Below, one piece after another: positions 10,113 to 19,004 of a DNA stretch of 64,000 nt. The DNA comes from Bacillota bacterium. GTDB lineage: Bacteria; Bacillota; SHA-98; Ch115; JABLXJ01. The stretch's first letter is position 1. The number at the start of each line of letters is the position of its first letter. The notes beneath the pieces are model-generated. The model was not told the DNA's origin, did no database searches, and saw nothing but the letters and a program-made list of their open reading frames with translations. The stretch is taken from NCBI GenBank assembly GCA_013178125.1, contig JABLXJ010000001.1, positions 326,538-390,537 of the forward strand, read 5' to 3'. The position numbers and the translations under genes were made by a program.

Positions 10113-10901
10113 GTGACGCCTATGCAGACTACTTCTAACTATGGGCTAAAGAAACCGGATGGAACTGACGTAGTGAATATCTCGGACCTAAATTACAATG
10201 CCGATCAGATTGACGCGGCACTAACCCCCACGGCAGACCCGTCCCAGACACCAACGAACAACGGGCCGGGCAAGCTGGTGCAGTGGGTAAGCTGGATCGC
10301 TAACCGCATCAAGGCGATCACGGGAAAGGCGAACTGGTGGGAGGCTCCGGCGACGACCCTTGAGGCGGCAAAGGCCCACATGGACGCGGTGGCACCGCAC
10401 AGCGGGCATGTGCTGACCAGTGATGTTGTAACGGTGCCGACAGCTAACAAGATCCTCCGGTTAAATTCTGACGGTAAATTGCCTGCCAGCATCACGGGTG
10501 ATGCCGCAACAGTTGGCGGTGTCAGCCCCAGTGGTTTTGCTCCGTCCTCGCATGTTGGAGCCGGAGGGTCAGCCCACGCGGTAGCCACTACAACGACGGC
10601 GGGCTTTATGTCGGCGGCGGACAAAAGCAAACTTGACTCGATACCTTCCGGTGCGGAACCTAACCAGAATGCGTTTAGTAATGTCAAGGTAGGAGCTACG
10701 ATTATATCTGCTGATCAGGAGCAGGATACCCTTGAACTGGTAGCCGGGGCTAACGTTACGTTAACCCCGGATGCTGAAGGGGATAAGGTGACTATAGGGG
10801 TAAGTGGACTAACTGTGGCGCGAAACGGCGGACAAAATATCTGGGTACAGTCTACTCAACCTACGGCTCAGGCGGTAGGTGACATCTGGATTCAGACTTA
10901 A
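10113..10901 (+). CDS. phage tail fibre protein with fibre-repeat motif
   Basis: N-terminal TSNYGLKKPDGTD and GFMSAADKSKLD tail-fibre repeat motifs. Confidence 0.6.
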   Translation: MTPMQTTSNYGLKKPDGTDVVNISDLNYNADQIDAALTPTADPSQTPTNNGPGKLVQWVSWIANRIKAITGKANWWEAPATTLEAAKAHMDAVAPHSGHVLTSDVVTVPTANKILRLNSDGKLPASITGDAATVGGVSPSGFAPSSHVGAGGSAHAVATTTTAGFMSAADKSKLDSIPSGAEPNQNAFSNVKVGATIISADQEQDTLELVAGANVTLTPDAEGDKVTIGVSGLTVARNGGQNIWVQSTQPTAQAVGDIWIQT

Positions 10902-10932
10902 GACTGTTGGCGGTGCTTGGGGGGGTGATGGA

Positions 10933-11970
10933 ATGGCACAGCTCAAATATTGGAATGGAAGCGCGTGGGTGGATTATAAGAAAAAGCCAAAGTATTGGAA
11001 TGGTAGTCAGTGGGTGTCTGGTATCGGCAAAGTGTGGAATGGGAGTGCATGGGTAGACCTCTTGAGTTATTATTCTTATTTTGGTAGTTGGGCTAGCACC
11101 TATTCTTATTCTAATTTGTATAAGGTTTCATCTACTGGGTCTCAGGTGTGGCAAGTTCGTTGGACTTTCCAAGGCATAAGAGATGTGAAAGTAGACCCTA
11201 ATGGATATATTTATACTGCTAGTGGTGACGGCGCTGCTGTCCGCAAAATATCACCTTCCGGCTCCCTGGTGTGGCGTTTTGTGGGCAGTACTGGATATGG
11301 TGCAAATGGAGTAGCAGTAGGTTCTGATGGATACGTTTACTCTGCTAATAGTGACGGTACTGTCCGTAAAATAACACCTAATGGTGGACAGGTGTGGTGT
11401 TTTACTGACCCGGATCGCACATTTTATGCTGTAGCAGTAGATATTAATAACTATGTGTACGCTGGCTGTTCTAACTATACTAAAGCTATTCGCAAAATAT
11501 CACCTAGTGGGGGAGAGGTATGGGCTTTATCTCGTAGCAGTTTTGGGTCGGATGTAGTAGTAGATGCCCAAGGGAATGTTTATTGTAGCTCCGGAAGCCT
11601 TTATAAGGTGTCATCAAGCGGTTCAGTGCTATGGGAATTCACAAACGCGAGCGGAAGTCCTACAGTAGGCCCTGGTGGATATGTTTATGCGTCCGGTAGT
11701 AGTGGTCTTATCGCTAAAATATCACCTAGTGGATCACAAGTGTGGGGTTACACCGATCCAAATTCATCTTCGGTAATTAGTCTAACAGTAGACCCATACG
11801 GATATATTTATTATTGTCCTTATGCAGGGGCACCCTCTTCATCTACTGTATATTGCTATTACAAAATATCGCCTAGTGGTGTTAGATTATGGACTTTCGT
11901 TGTTGCGGAAGGTGAAGGATATGTTGCAGTTGACCCTGGAGTTTTAGGAGCTTTCCCAAGTTATTGGTAA
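10933..11970 (+). CDS. beta-propeller repeat protein, putative distal tail/receptor-binding protein
   Basis: Seven repeats of the type VRKISPSGS.VW.F; three N-terminal WNGSAWV repeats; RBS before ATG at 10933 (track start 10879 overlaps upstream gene); AT-rich. Confidence 0.5.
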   Translation: MAQLKYWNGSAWVDYKKKPKYWNGSQWVSGIGKVWNGSAWVDLLSYYSYFGSWASTYSYSNLYKVSSTGSQVWQVRWTFQGIRDVKVDPNGYIYTASGDGAAVRKISPSGSLVWRFVGSTGYGANGVAVGSDGYVYSANSDGTVRKITPNGGQVWCFTDPDRTFYAVAVDINNYVYAGCSNYTKAIRKISPSGGEVWALSRSSFGSDVVVDAQGNVYCSSGSLYKVSSSGSVLWEFTNASGSPTVGPGGYVYASGSSGLIAKISPSGSQVWGYTDPNSSSVISLTVDPYGYIYYCPYAGAPSSSTVYCYYKISPSGVRLWTFVVAEGEGYVAVDPGVLGAFPSYW

Positions 11971-11991
11971 ATTAACAAGGAGGAATGATCT

Positions 11992-12300
11992 ATGCCGATG
12001 CTGTTTTATGAGACGGAATCTGATACGCGAGGTCGGGTAATGCTGATTCATTACATGCCCGAGCAATTGACTGAGGAAGAGCGTAGCAAGGGAATAAGCG
12101 TAGATATAGTTCCTGACCCTCCGCAGCCGGTGAAAGGCAAATCCCATGTGCTCTACGTAAATCCTCAAACGGGCGAGACCTGGTATGAGCAGGTGGATAG
12201 GCTGCTTACGCAGGAGGAGCAGATGGAGGACCTGCGGAGCCAGAATCTTGACCTAATGGCTGCCATCGCCGATATGGCTGTAAAACTGGGGGTGATATAA
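11992..12300 (+). CDS. hypothetical phage protein
   Basis: ORF with RBS (aaggagg) following tail-fibre genes. Confidence 0.4.
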   Translation: MPMLFYETESDTRGRVMLIHYMPEQLTEEERSKGISVDIVPDPPQPVKGKSHVLYVNPQTGETWYEQVDRLLTQEEQMEDLRSQNLDLMAAIADMAVKLGVI

Positions 12301-12301
12301 C

Positions 12302-12457
12302 ATGAGCGCTTACTGGGTTAACATATTCTATTCCCTTGTTACGAGCGGAAGGAAGACCGTCAATGATGTACCTGAGAGTATAAGGCAACAGGTGATTGAT
12401 AGGCTCACGCAGGAAGGTTATGTAATGAATCCTGATGGCTCGGTGACGAAGGTCTAG
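12302..12457 (+). CDS. small phage protein (XkdX-like), 51 aa, absent from ORF track
   Basis: ATG one base after upstream stop; translation MSAYWVNIFYSLVTSGRKTVNDVPESIRQQVIDRLTQEGYVMNPDGSVTKV. Confidence 0.35.
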   Translation: MSAYWVNIFYSLVTSGRKTVNDVPESIRQQVIDRLTQEGYVMNPDGSVTKV

Positions 12458-12537
12458 TCTAAGAGTATATAGTGTAGAATGTAGAGTCTGCCTCTGGGCG
12501 GCTTTTTCATGTACTCCAAAAGGGCGGTGGTGGTAAC

Positions 12538-12771
12538 ATGGAACTCATACAGCTCCTTTCCCAATATCCTGCGGCTACGCTCGTTTTTGTGGCGTGGCCG
12601 CTTCTGTTTGTGTGGTTGCTCTGGTGGACCATGAAGGAACACGCGAAACGTGAAGAGCGGCTGATGGCGGCGAACGAGAGCTGGCGTGTCGCGTTGGAGA
12701 AGCTCGCGGAGAAGATAGACCAGCTCGGTGATAACCTTTTAGAGCGGTTGCGCGACGAGCTGAGGAGGTGA
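12538..12771 (+). CDS. putative holin / lysis-associated membrane protein
   Basis: 77 aa, one N-terminal hydrophobic helix and charged coiled-coil tail, immediately before the amidase gene. Confidence 0.45.
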   Translation: MELIQLLSQYPAATLVFVAWPLLFVWLLWWTMKEHAKREERLMAANESWRVALEKLAEKIDQLGDNLLERLRDELRR

Positions 12772-12777
12772 TGCCGT

Positions 12778-13338
12778 ATGCCGGAGATGAAAAGGCTGAT
12801 CTGCCTCGATCCAGGACACGGTGGGGTGGACCCCGGAGCTATAGGCCAGGCCGGGATTAAGGAAGCGGATATTAACCTGGCCGTAGCGATGAAGCTCAAG
12901 ACGGAGCTGGCTGAGAGAGGCATTCCCACTGTAATGACCAGGGATGACGATACGTTCGTGTCGCTCCAGGATCGCGCATCCAAGGCGAATGCTGCGAATG
13001 CTGCGGTTTTTATTTCCCTGCACTGCAATTCGGCTCAAAACCGCGAAGCGAATGGTGCCGAGGTTTACTACTGCATTGGCAGCAGGCCCGGGGAAGCCCT
13101 GGCGAACGCGATACATGCTTCCCTGATCAAGGCTACCGGCCTCGTCGATCGTGGTGTGAAGGGGACAGGCTTCTATGTCCTCCGGCATACCAAGATGCCT
13201 GCTGTCTTGGTGGAGCTCGCGTTTATTTCTAATTCGGGAGAGGAGGAGCTATTGGCAAATGAGGGATTCCAGTTGAAGGCCGCAAGGGCCATTGCCAGCG
13301 GGATAATAGATTATCTGAAAGGAGCGAGGAAAATATGA
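12778..13338 (+). CDS. N-acetylmuramoyl-L-alanine amidase (endolysin, Amidase_3-type)
   Basis: Motifs CLDPGHGG and LHCNS...EVYY; lysis cassette position. Confidence 0.85.
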   Translation: MPEMKRLICLDPGHGGVDPGAIGQAGIKEADINLAVAMKLKTELAERGIPTVMTRDDDTFVSLQDRASKANAANAAVFISLHCNSAQNREANGAEVYYCIGSRPGEALANAIHASLIKATGLVDRGVKGTGFYVLRHTKMPAVLVELAFISNSGEEELLANEGFQLKAARAIASGIIDYLKGARKI

Positions 13339-13622
13339 GTATACTGAAGGTTCTGGGTTATATCCGTATCGCATTATGCCTTGTCCTACCGTTCGCGGTA
13401 TTGGCAGAGGATACTGGCCAGCCGGGCGAAGAGAAGAAGAAGATGGTTGTAGGTCGGCTGAAGGATGAACTCGCCAGACTTGGCTTGGTTCTTCCTGAGT
13501 GGTTGAAGAAGTATGAGGAGTTTCTGCTGGGCGTAGTGGTTGATGTCGTGGTGGCGATCTTGAACCGCATGGGTTTTTTCGAGCATTCCGGGACATCCGA
13601 GCCCGACTTGAAGCCAGCGTGA
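13335..13622 (+). CDS. putative holin-like membrane protein
   Basis: 95 aa with two hydrophobic segments; start overlaps amidase stop. Confidence 0.4.
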   Translation: MSILKVLGYIRIALCLVLPFAVLAEDTGQPGEEKKKMVVGRLKDELARLGLVLPEWLKKYEEFLLGVVVDVVVAILNRMGFFEHSGTSEPDLKPA

Positions 13623-13781
13623 AACTGGACCCGTTTTCGGTCAGGGTTGAATATCATGTAGCGGCTGGCAGGCTTCCCAAAGAGAATCCGGGGGAGCTAA
13701 ATGATTCAGTAAGGGAGCAAGCGTTGAAGGACGCTATTGATCATATCCCACAGGTGCGGTTTGAACATTGATTTTTTATCG

Positions 13782-13810
13782 CCCGGCCCTCGAAAGGGCC
13801 GGGCTTTTTT
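13782..13810 (+). terminator. intrinsic terminator closing the prophage late operon
   Basis: Stem cccggccc/gggccggg with loop tcgaaa, followed by a T6 run. Confidence 0.6.
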
Positions 13811-13862
13811 GAGTATCGGGGCAGGGATGCGACTGGGACATAGACCTTTTGGTGGCGAGGTT

Positions 13863-13896
13863 AAGTTGGCATGGAGTTGGCATGGATAAGTTGGTC
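13863..13896. repeat. three direct repeats of AGTTGG(CATGG) downstream of the prophage terminator
   Basis: aagttggcatgg / agttggcatgg / ataagttggtc read directly. Confidence 0.5.
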
Positions 13897-14082
13897 AAGA
13901 GAGGGTTCCGCCACGCTATGCGCACTTACCACCCTATGGCATAACGGGGAACGGGATGGATATTGGTGCGATCAGGTAGCGGCTTAACTGACAAACCCAT
14001 CTCTGGGGTTATGCATGCTATGAAATTTTTCGTTTTAGCAGGAGTATATAAAGGTATGTCGAATATAGTAGCTACAAGTTAG

Positions 14083-14123
14083 TTTAAACGTTTATATATA
14101 ACGTTTAAATAAAGCGTTTAATT
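14083..14123. promoter_or_regulatory. LacI-type operator candidates (three AAACGTTT cores)
   Basis: tttaaacgtttatatataacgtttaaat plus aaagcgtttaatt just upstream of the LacI-family gene RBS. Confidence 0.4.
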
Positions 14124-14147
14124 AGAAAAAGTTTCCGGAGGAAACTA

Positions 14148-15164
14148 ATGGCTACAATAAAGGACGTTGCAAGGGAAGCAGGGGTATCTATAGCCACTGT
14201 TTCCCATGTGCTAAACAATACTACTTTGGTAAGCGAGAAAACTGCGCAAAAGGTACTGGCAGCGATTAAAAAGGTCAATTATCATCCAAATAGCGTCGCC
14301 CGTAGCCTGGTCACTAAGGTCACTATGACGCTGGGTATTATCATTTCTAATATCACAAATCCATTTTATCCTGAAGTGGTTCACAGCATTAGTCGGGCAG
14401 CCGCAAAGAATGGATATGATATCATTCTCACGAGTACGAACAACGACGAAGAGGGTATTGCTCAATCAGTTCGCACTTTGTGTAAGCGAAAGGTTGACGG
14501 GGTTATTATCTTGGCTAGTAAATTTGATGATAATTTAATCTCTCAACTTACCGAACAAGGCATGGAAGTCGTTGTCTATGATAGGAATATCCCTACACTT
14601 CCGGTAGATAGTGTAGAAATTGACTATGAATTTGGGATATCGCAAGCTATACAATATCTGAAGGATCTAGGTCACACCCGTATTGGGTATATAGGTGGGG
14701 CACCTGATTGGTTGACTGCTCAAAAACGTCTAATAGCATTTCAAAATGCCATGTCTAGATATGGCTTAAAAATAGATGAGCGTTTAATTGTCGCGAAAGA
14801 CTGGACATTACGAGGCGGATTTCAGGCAATGAATACTATGTTGCGGATAAAAAGCAGACCAACGGCAATAGTTGCGTGTAATGATATAGTCGCTGTAGGA
14901 GCCTTAAAGTCTATTAGAAGAAAAGGTCTAAAATGTCCTGAGGATATTTCAGTTGTAGGAATTGATGATATTGTATTGGCATCATTGATTACACCGGCTC
15001 TTACAACCATTGCCTTACCTCGAAATCAAATTGGCGAGGTTGCTACGAAAATGGTTATAAAACGGCTTAGACATAAGGGGCCTCACAGCCAGAAACCCTA
15101 CACAGTCATATTCAGACCCAATCTGGTAATCCGGGACTCGACAGGGCCCCCTTTTTTCAAGTAG
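14148..15164 (+). CDS. LacI-family transcriptional regulator
   Basis: N-terminal HTH MATIKDVAREAGVSIATVSHVLNN; sugar-binding-like C-terminal domain; RBS ggagg. Confidence 0.9.
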   Translation: MATIKDVAREAGVSIATVSHVLNNTTLVSEKTAQKVLAAIKKVNYHPNSVARSLVTKVTMTLGIIISNITNPFYPEVVHSISRAAAKNGYDIILTSTNNDEEGIAQSVRTLCKRKVDGVIILASKFDDNLISQLTEQGMEVVVYDRNIPTLPVDSVEIDYEFGISQAIQYLKDLGHTRIGYIGGAPDWLTAQKRLIAFQNAMSRYGLKIDERLIVAKDWTLRGGFQAMNTMLRIKSRPTAIVACNDIVAVGALKSIRRKGLKCPEDISVVGIDDIVLASLITPALTTIALPRNQIGEVATKMVIKRLRHKGPHSQKPYTVIFRPNLVIRDSTGPPFFK

Positions 15165-15327
15165 TGGGTTATATCTTTTCAATAGTCTTCTATAGGTCTA
15201 CAATTGACCATAGCATTGGCCCAGTATGGGATTCCGTATAAGGGGGTGGGTATATGATCTAGGGGACGCTTGATAATTGGTGAGATCTTTTGGTAACTAA
15301 GATAAATTGCAAAGGGGTGTATGGTTA

Positions 15328-16359
15328 ATGAAGGTCCGACAAGTAAATAGATATGTTATTCTTGTGTCGTTGATAGTCTGTATTTCATTTATTCTTATGG
15401 GAACCCTATCTGCTTTTGCTAAAACACCCACGATCGCCTTAGTTCCAAAATGGGAGGGCATTCCTTATTTCACTGTTGCTGCCGAAGGGGCTAAGCTAGC
15501 TGGTAAACAACTAGGGGTTAATGTAATCTACGTTGGCCCGAGCGAACCCGATGCCACTCAGCAGGTTCAAGTTATTAATAATTTGATTTTACGTGGAGTT
15601 GATGCTATAGGTATATCCGTTATGGATGCTAATGTACTAAAACCTGTCATCAAGAAGGCAAGGGAAGCTGGCATCCATGTTTTCACTTGGGATTCCGATG
15701 CCCCGGACTCTGAGCGGGAAGTCATGGTCCAACAAGTATCTCCAAAGGAACTCGGGTACACTGTAATGGATCTTCTTGCAAAAGAAATGAACTACAAGGG
15801 CAAATTCGCTATTATCACTGGCGATCTAGCTTCTAACCAGCTCAACGAATGGATGGAGTATGAAAAGGAACGCTACCAACAAAAGTACGCCAAGACAATG
15901 GAACTCGCTAGTATAAAAGCTCCTGGGGTTACTTTCGATAAGGTCTTTGATACTGTAAGCACTATGATGCGGACTATGCCCGAGATTACCGGCTATATCG
16001 GGGAGCATTCGGAAGCTGGGCCTGGAATTGCTGCCGCTGCCGAACATGTTAAGGTTTCCCCGCAAAAGGTGGTTGCGGTAGCTATCACTACTCCTGACAA
16101 CATGAGGAAGTATTTCAAGAAAGGAAACTCGGTCGTCCGCTATGGAGTTCTTTGGGATGTTAAAGCCTTAGGCTATGTGTCCGTTTGGGTAGGTAAGCAA
16201 CTGATTGAAGGAAAGCCACTTACAGATAAAGTACCAGGTATTGAGCAATTTGAGGCAATTGAGGAAGGGTACCCTAAATATATCCCTGAAAAGAAGTGGG
16301 TACTACTTGGTCCACCTTTAATATTCAATGAGAAAAATATAGATAAATATCATTTCTAA
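15328..16359 (+). CDS. ABC transporter substrate-binding protein (periplasmic-binding-protein type 1, sugar-type)
   Basis: Signal peptide then PBP1-like sequence; start placed at ATG 15328 after RBS (track start 15307). Confidence 0.8.
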   Translation: MKVRQVNRYVILVSLIVCISFILMGTLSAFAKTPTIALVPKWEGIPYFTVAAEGAKLAGKQLGVNVIYVGPSEPDATQQVQVINNLILRGVDAIGISVMDANVLKPVIKKAREAGIHVFTWDSDAPDSEREVMVQQVSPKELGYTVMDLLAKEMNYKGKFAIITGDLASNQLNEWMEYEKERYQQKYAKTMELASIKAPGVTFDKVFDTVSTMMRTMPEITGYIGEHSEAGPGIAAAAEHVKVSPQKVVAVAITTPDNMRKYFKKGNSVVRYGVLWDVKALGYVSVWVGKQLIEGKPLTDKVPGIEQFEAIEEGYPKYIPEKKWVLLGPPLIFNEKNIDKYHF

Positions 16360-16398
16360 ACTCTATTGTAAACCCCTAATTCGTCTAGGAGATAAGGT

Positions 16399-16420
16399 TA
16401 ATATATATATATATATATAT
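16399..16420. repeat. (AT)n dinucleotide microsatellite, about 11 units
   Basis: taatatatatatatatatatat read directly. Confidence 0.9.
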
Positions 16421-16427
16421 GCCACTT

Positions 16428-16450
16428 GGCTCCGGGGTAAACCCGGAGCC
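16428..16450 (+). other. perfect 9-bp stem-loop between substrate-binding and ATPase genes (no T-run)
   Basis: ggctccggg gtaaa cccggagcc. Confidence 0.5.
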
Positions 16451-16508
16451 GTCTCTGAGTATACACTCTACTGGCCTTCGCAGGCCTGATGAGGGGAGAG
16501 CCTTCTTA

Positions 16509-18002
16509 ATGGCGGAATTAATGGAATTAAAGGGTATAAGCAAGGAATTTGGAGGCGTCAAGGCCCTAGTAGATGTAGATTTTGAGCTGAGGTCAGGCGA
16601 GATTCATGCCTTAGTCGGGAAGAATGGAGCGGGTAAGAGTACGCTTGTCCAAATCCTTTCCGGGGTAATAAATCCAGATAAAGGTAAAATTTTTTATAGA
16701 GACCAAGATGTAACCTGCTGGAATAACCGGCAAAAACGACTACGGATTTCCCACGTATTTCAACATATACAATATTTTCCAGAGCTTCCTGCTGGAAAGA
16801 ATATCTTCATTGGTAGGGAAGAGGTCGATCGCTACGGTAGACTTAAGTGGGATCAAATGTATGGGAGTCTGGAAGATATTTTATCTAAATTCGGCATCGA
16901 TAAACAGATTCTTTATCGGCCGATGAGAGAGCTTTCTGTAATGGAAAGAGAAATCATCGCAATTGTAGAAGCCCTTTCCAAAAATTCAGAGATATTCATT
17001 TTTGATGAGCCTACTGCTGCGTTAGGAAAAGATGAGGCTGAGCAACTTCTATCGGTAATTCAGGACCTTAAGGCCAAAGGTGCGGCTATTGTCTATATTA
17101 GTCACCGTCTTGAAGAAATTATAGGATTTGCAGACTATGTAACGGTACTACGTGATGGTCGAAAGATCTCCACTGATTCCATGGCTTCTATAACTAAAGA
17201 GCAGATCGTACACAAAATGGTTGGTGAAAAGATAGGACACATTTATCCTCACCGAACTACCCAACATCGTGGCTCTGTTTTACTGAAGGTGAGCCAGCTA
17301 ACTAAACGTTCTGTTTTTGAAAACATTACATTTGAAATACACGAAGGGGAAATCTTAGGACTAGCTGGGCTATTAGGTGCGAAACGAACAGACATTGCTC
17401 AAGCTATATTTGGCACGATAACCTATGATTCGGGTACAGTTGAGATTGAAAGAATCTCCTTGCCTAAGCATAGTCCCGCGCTCTCCATCGAAAAAGGTCT
17501 AGTGTACTTACCTGAGAACAGGCAAGAAGACGGTTTAATCCTTAGTACAAGCATCCGAGAGAATATCACTTTGCCAATCCTTCGTCAATTCGGTGGGAAT
17601 GGTTTTTTAAACCGCATTGTAGAACGGAAGATCGTTCAGGATAGTATCGACCGTCTAGGGATTAAGGCTGAAGATATTGATACTTTAGTAAATCATTTAA
17701 GCGGTGGAAATCAACAAAAAGTCTTATTCGCTAAATGGCTCAACACCTCTCTGAAAGTGTTAATGCTTGACGAACCAACCCAGGGTATTGACGTTGAGGC
17801 GAAAGCAGAAATCCACCGCATCCTCGGCGATCTTGTTAATCATGGCATAGGAATCCTTCTTATATCTTCTGACCTGGAGGAGCTCATAGCTATGAGCGAT
17901 CGAATCATCGTCGTCCACGAAGGGCGGATAATCTCCGAATTTACAGGTAGTGAAGTGACTATCGAAAAAATCCTGCTCGCCGCTATGGGGGTGCAACAAT
18001 GA
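16509..18002 (+). CDS. ABC transporter ATP-binding protein, two fused nucleotide-binding domains
   Basis: Walker A GKNGAGKST, LSGGNQQK signature; start placed at ATG 16509 after RBS gaggggagag (track start 16419 lies in the AT repeat). Confidence 0.9.
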   Translation: MAELMELKGISKEFGGVKALVDVDFELRSGEIHALVGKNGAGKSTLVQILSGVINPDKGKIFYRDQDVTCWNNRQKRLRISHVFQHIQYFPELPAGKNIFIGREEVDRYGRLKWDQMYGSLEDILSKFGIDKQILYRPMRELSVMEREIIAIVEALSKNSEIFIFDEPTAALGKDEAEQLLSVIQDLKAKGAAIVYISHRLEEIIGFADYVTVLRDGRKISTDSMASITKEQIVHKMVGEKIGHIYPHRTTQHRGSVLLKVSQLTKRSVFENITFEIHEGEILGLAGLLGAKRTDIAQAIFGTITYDSGTVEIERISLPKHSPALSIEKGLVYLPENRQEDGLILSTSIRENITLPILRQFGGNGFLNRIVERKIVQDSIDRLGIKAEDIDTLVNHLSGGNQQKVLFAKWLNTSLKVLMLDEPTQGIDVEAKAEIHRILGDLVNHGIGILLISSDLEELIAMSDRIIVVHEGRIISEFTGSEVTIEKILLAAMGVQQ

Positions 18003-18979
18003 ATTCTTCTGGACCCGTACGCAAGACCCCCAGGTCAAATCAGTTTGGCTCAATGCTATACGAACGAGAAGTCCTTGCCCTTTTGGTAGCGATAATTATG
18101 TGGGTTGCATTTGGGTTGATAAATCCACGTTTTCTGACATGGGCAGGCATAACTGACATTATTTTTTCCTCAACAGTTATTGCAGCCGGGGCTCTTGGGA
18201 GCAGCATGGTTATTATAGCGGGCGAATGGGATCTCTCTGTCGGTTCGATGTTAGCTTTGCAGGCGACCATTATTGCGCTACTCGCTAGCTCAAATGTGGT
18301 TACCAATCTATTTGTTATGATCCTGGTTGTGATAGTAATCGGAATGGTGCTTGGTTTCATTAATGGGATTCTGGTATCGTTTGGGGGACTTTCTTCGATT
18401 ATAGTTACCATTGGTACTATGTTTGTTTACCGAGGTCTGTGCTTGATAATAGCTGGTGGACGATGGTTTACCAGTCTACCAGCGTGGTTAACTAGTGTCG
18501 GTCAGGTATCAACATTTGGTATAAGGCCTTCTCTCATCATTATCCTTGTTCTTACTGCAATATTATCTCTTTTCATGAGCCAAACAAGACTAGGGCTTTG
18601 GATTTACGCTTTAGGTGGGAATGAAAACGCACTACGTCTAAAAGGGATAAATGTACGCTGGGTAAAAGTATTAGTTTTCTGTACTACCGGGGTACTAGTT
18701 GGTGTGGCCGCATTGATTTTGGCTGGTCAGTATGGGTACGTGCAGACTGATATTGGCTATGACTACGTCATGGCCACCATTGCAGCAGCGATTGTTGGAG
18801 GTACCAGCGCCTTCGGCGGTCGAGGTCGTATAGGCGGAGCTATTATTGGAGCGCTGTTAATTGGAATCATGAAAACAGGATTGGTTGCTATAAACATTCC
18901 AGCCCAATGGTATAACGTAGTGCTCGGCATCCTGATCTTACTTTCAATGACCAGGGAAATGCTACAGAAACGTACCTGA
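17999..18979 (+). CDS. ABC transporter permease
   Basis: Polytopic membrane protein; start overlaps ATPase stop. Confidence 0.85.
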   Translation: MNSSGPVRKTPRSNQFGSMLYEREVLALLVAIIMWVAFGLINPRFLTWAGITDIIFSSTVIAAGALGSSMVIIAGEWDLSVGSMLALQATIIALLASSNVVTNLFVMILVVIVIGMVLGFINGILVSFGGLSSIIVTIGTMFVYRGLCLIIAGGRWFTSLPAWLTSVGQVSTFGIRPSLIIILVLTAILSLFMSQTRLGLWIYALGGNENALRLKGINVRWVKVLVFCTTGVLVGVAALILAGQYGYVQTDIGYDYVMATIAAAIVGGTSAFGGRGRIGGAIIGALLIGIMKTGLVAINIPAQWYNVVLGILILLSMTREMLQKRT

Positions 18980-19004
18980 GCATATGAGGAGTGGTGAATT
19001 GAGC

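Larger units (their letters stand above)
1..13810 (+). mobile_element. prophage late region (tail, baseplate, tail fibres, lysis cassette); 5' part lies outside the window
   Basis: Contiguous same-strand block of phage tail and lysis genes in PBSX-like order, ending at an intrinsic terminator. Confidence 0.8.

Noticed and set aside
13619-13771. Possible 50-aa GTG-initiated ORF after the lysis cassette
   Set aside because: No RBS, no recognisable motif, lies between gene end and terminator.
16419-16508. ORF-track start of the ABC ATPase at 16419
   Set aside because: That ATG lies inside the (AT)n microsatellite and the extension spans a stable hairpin; the RBS-supported start is ATG 16509.
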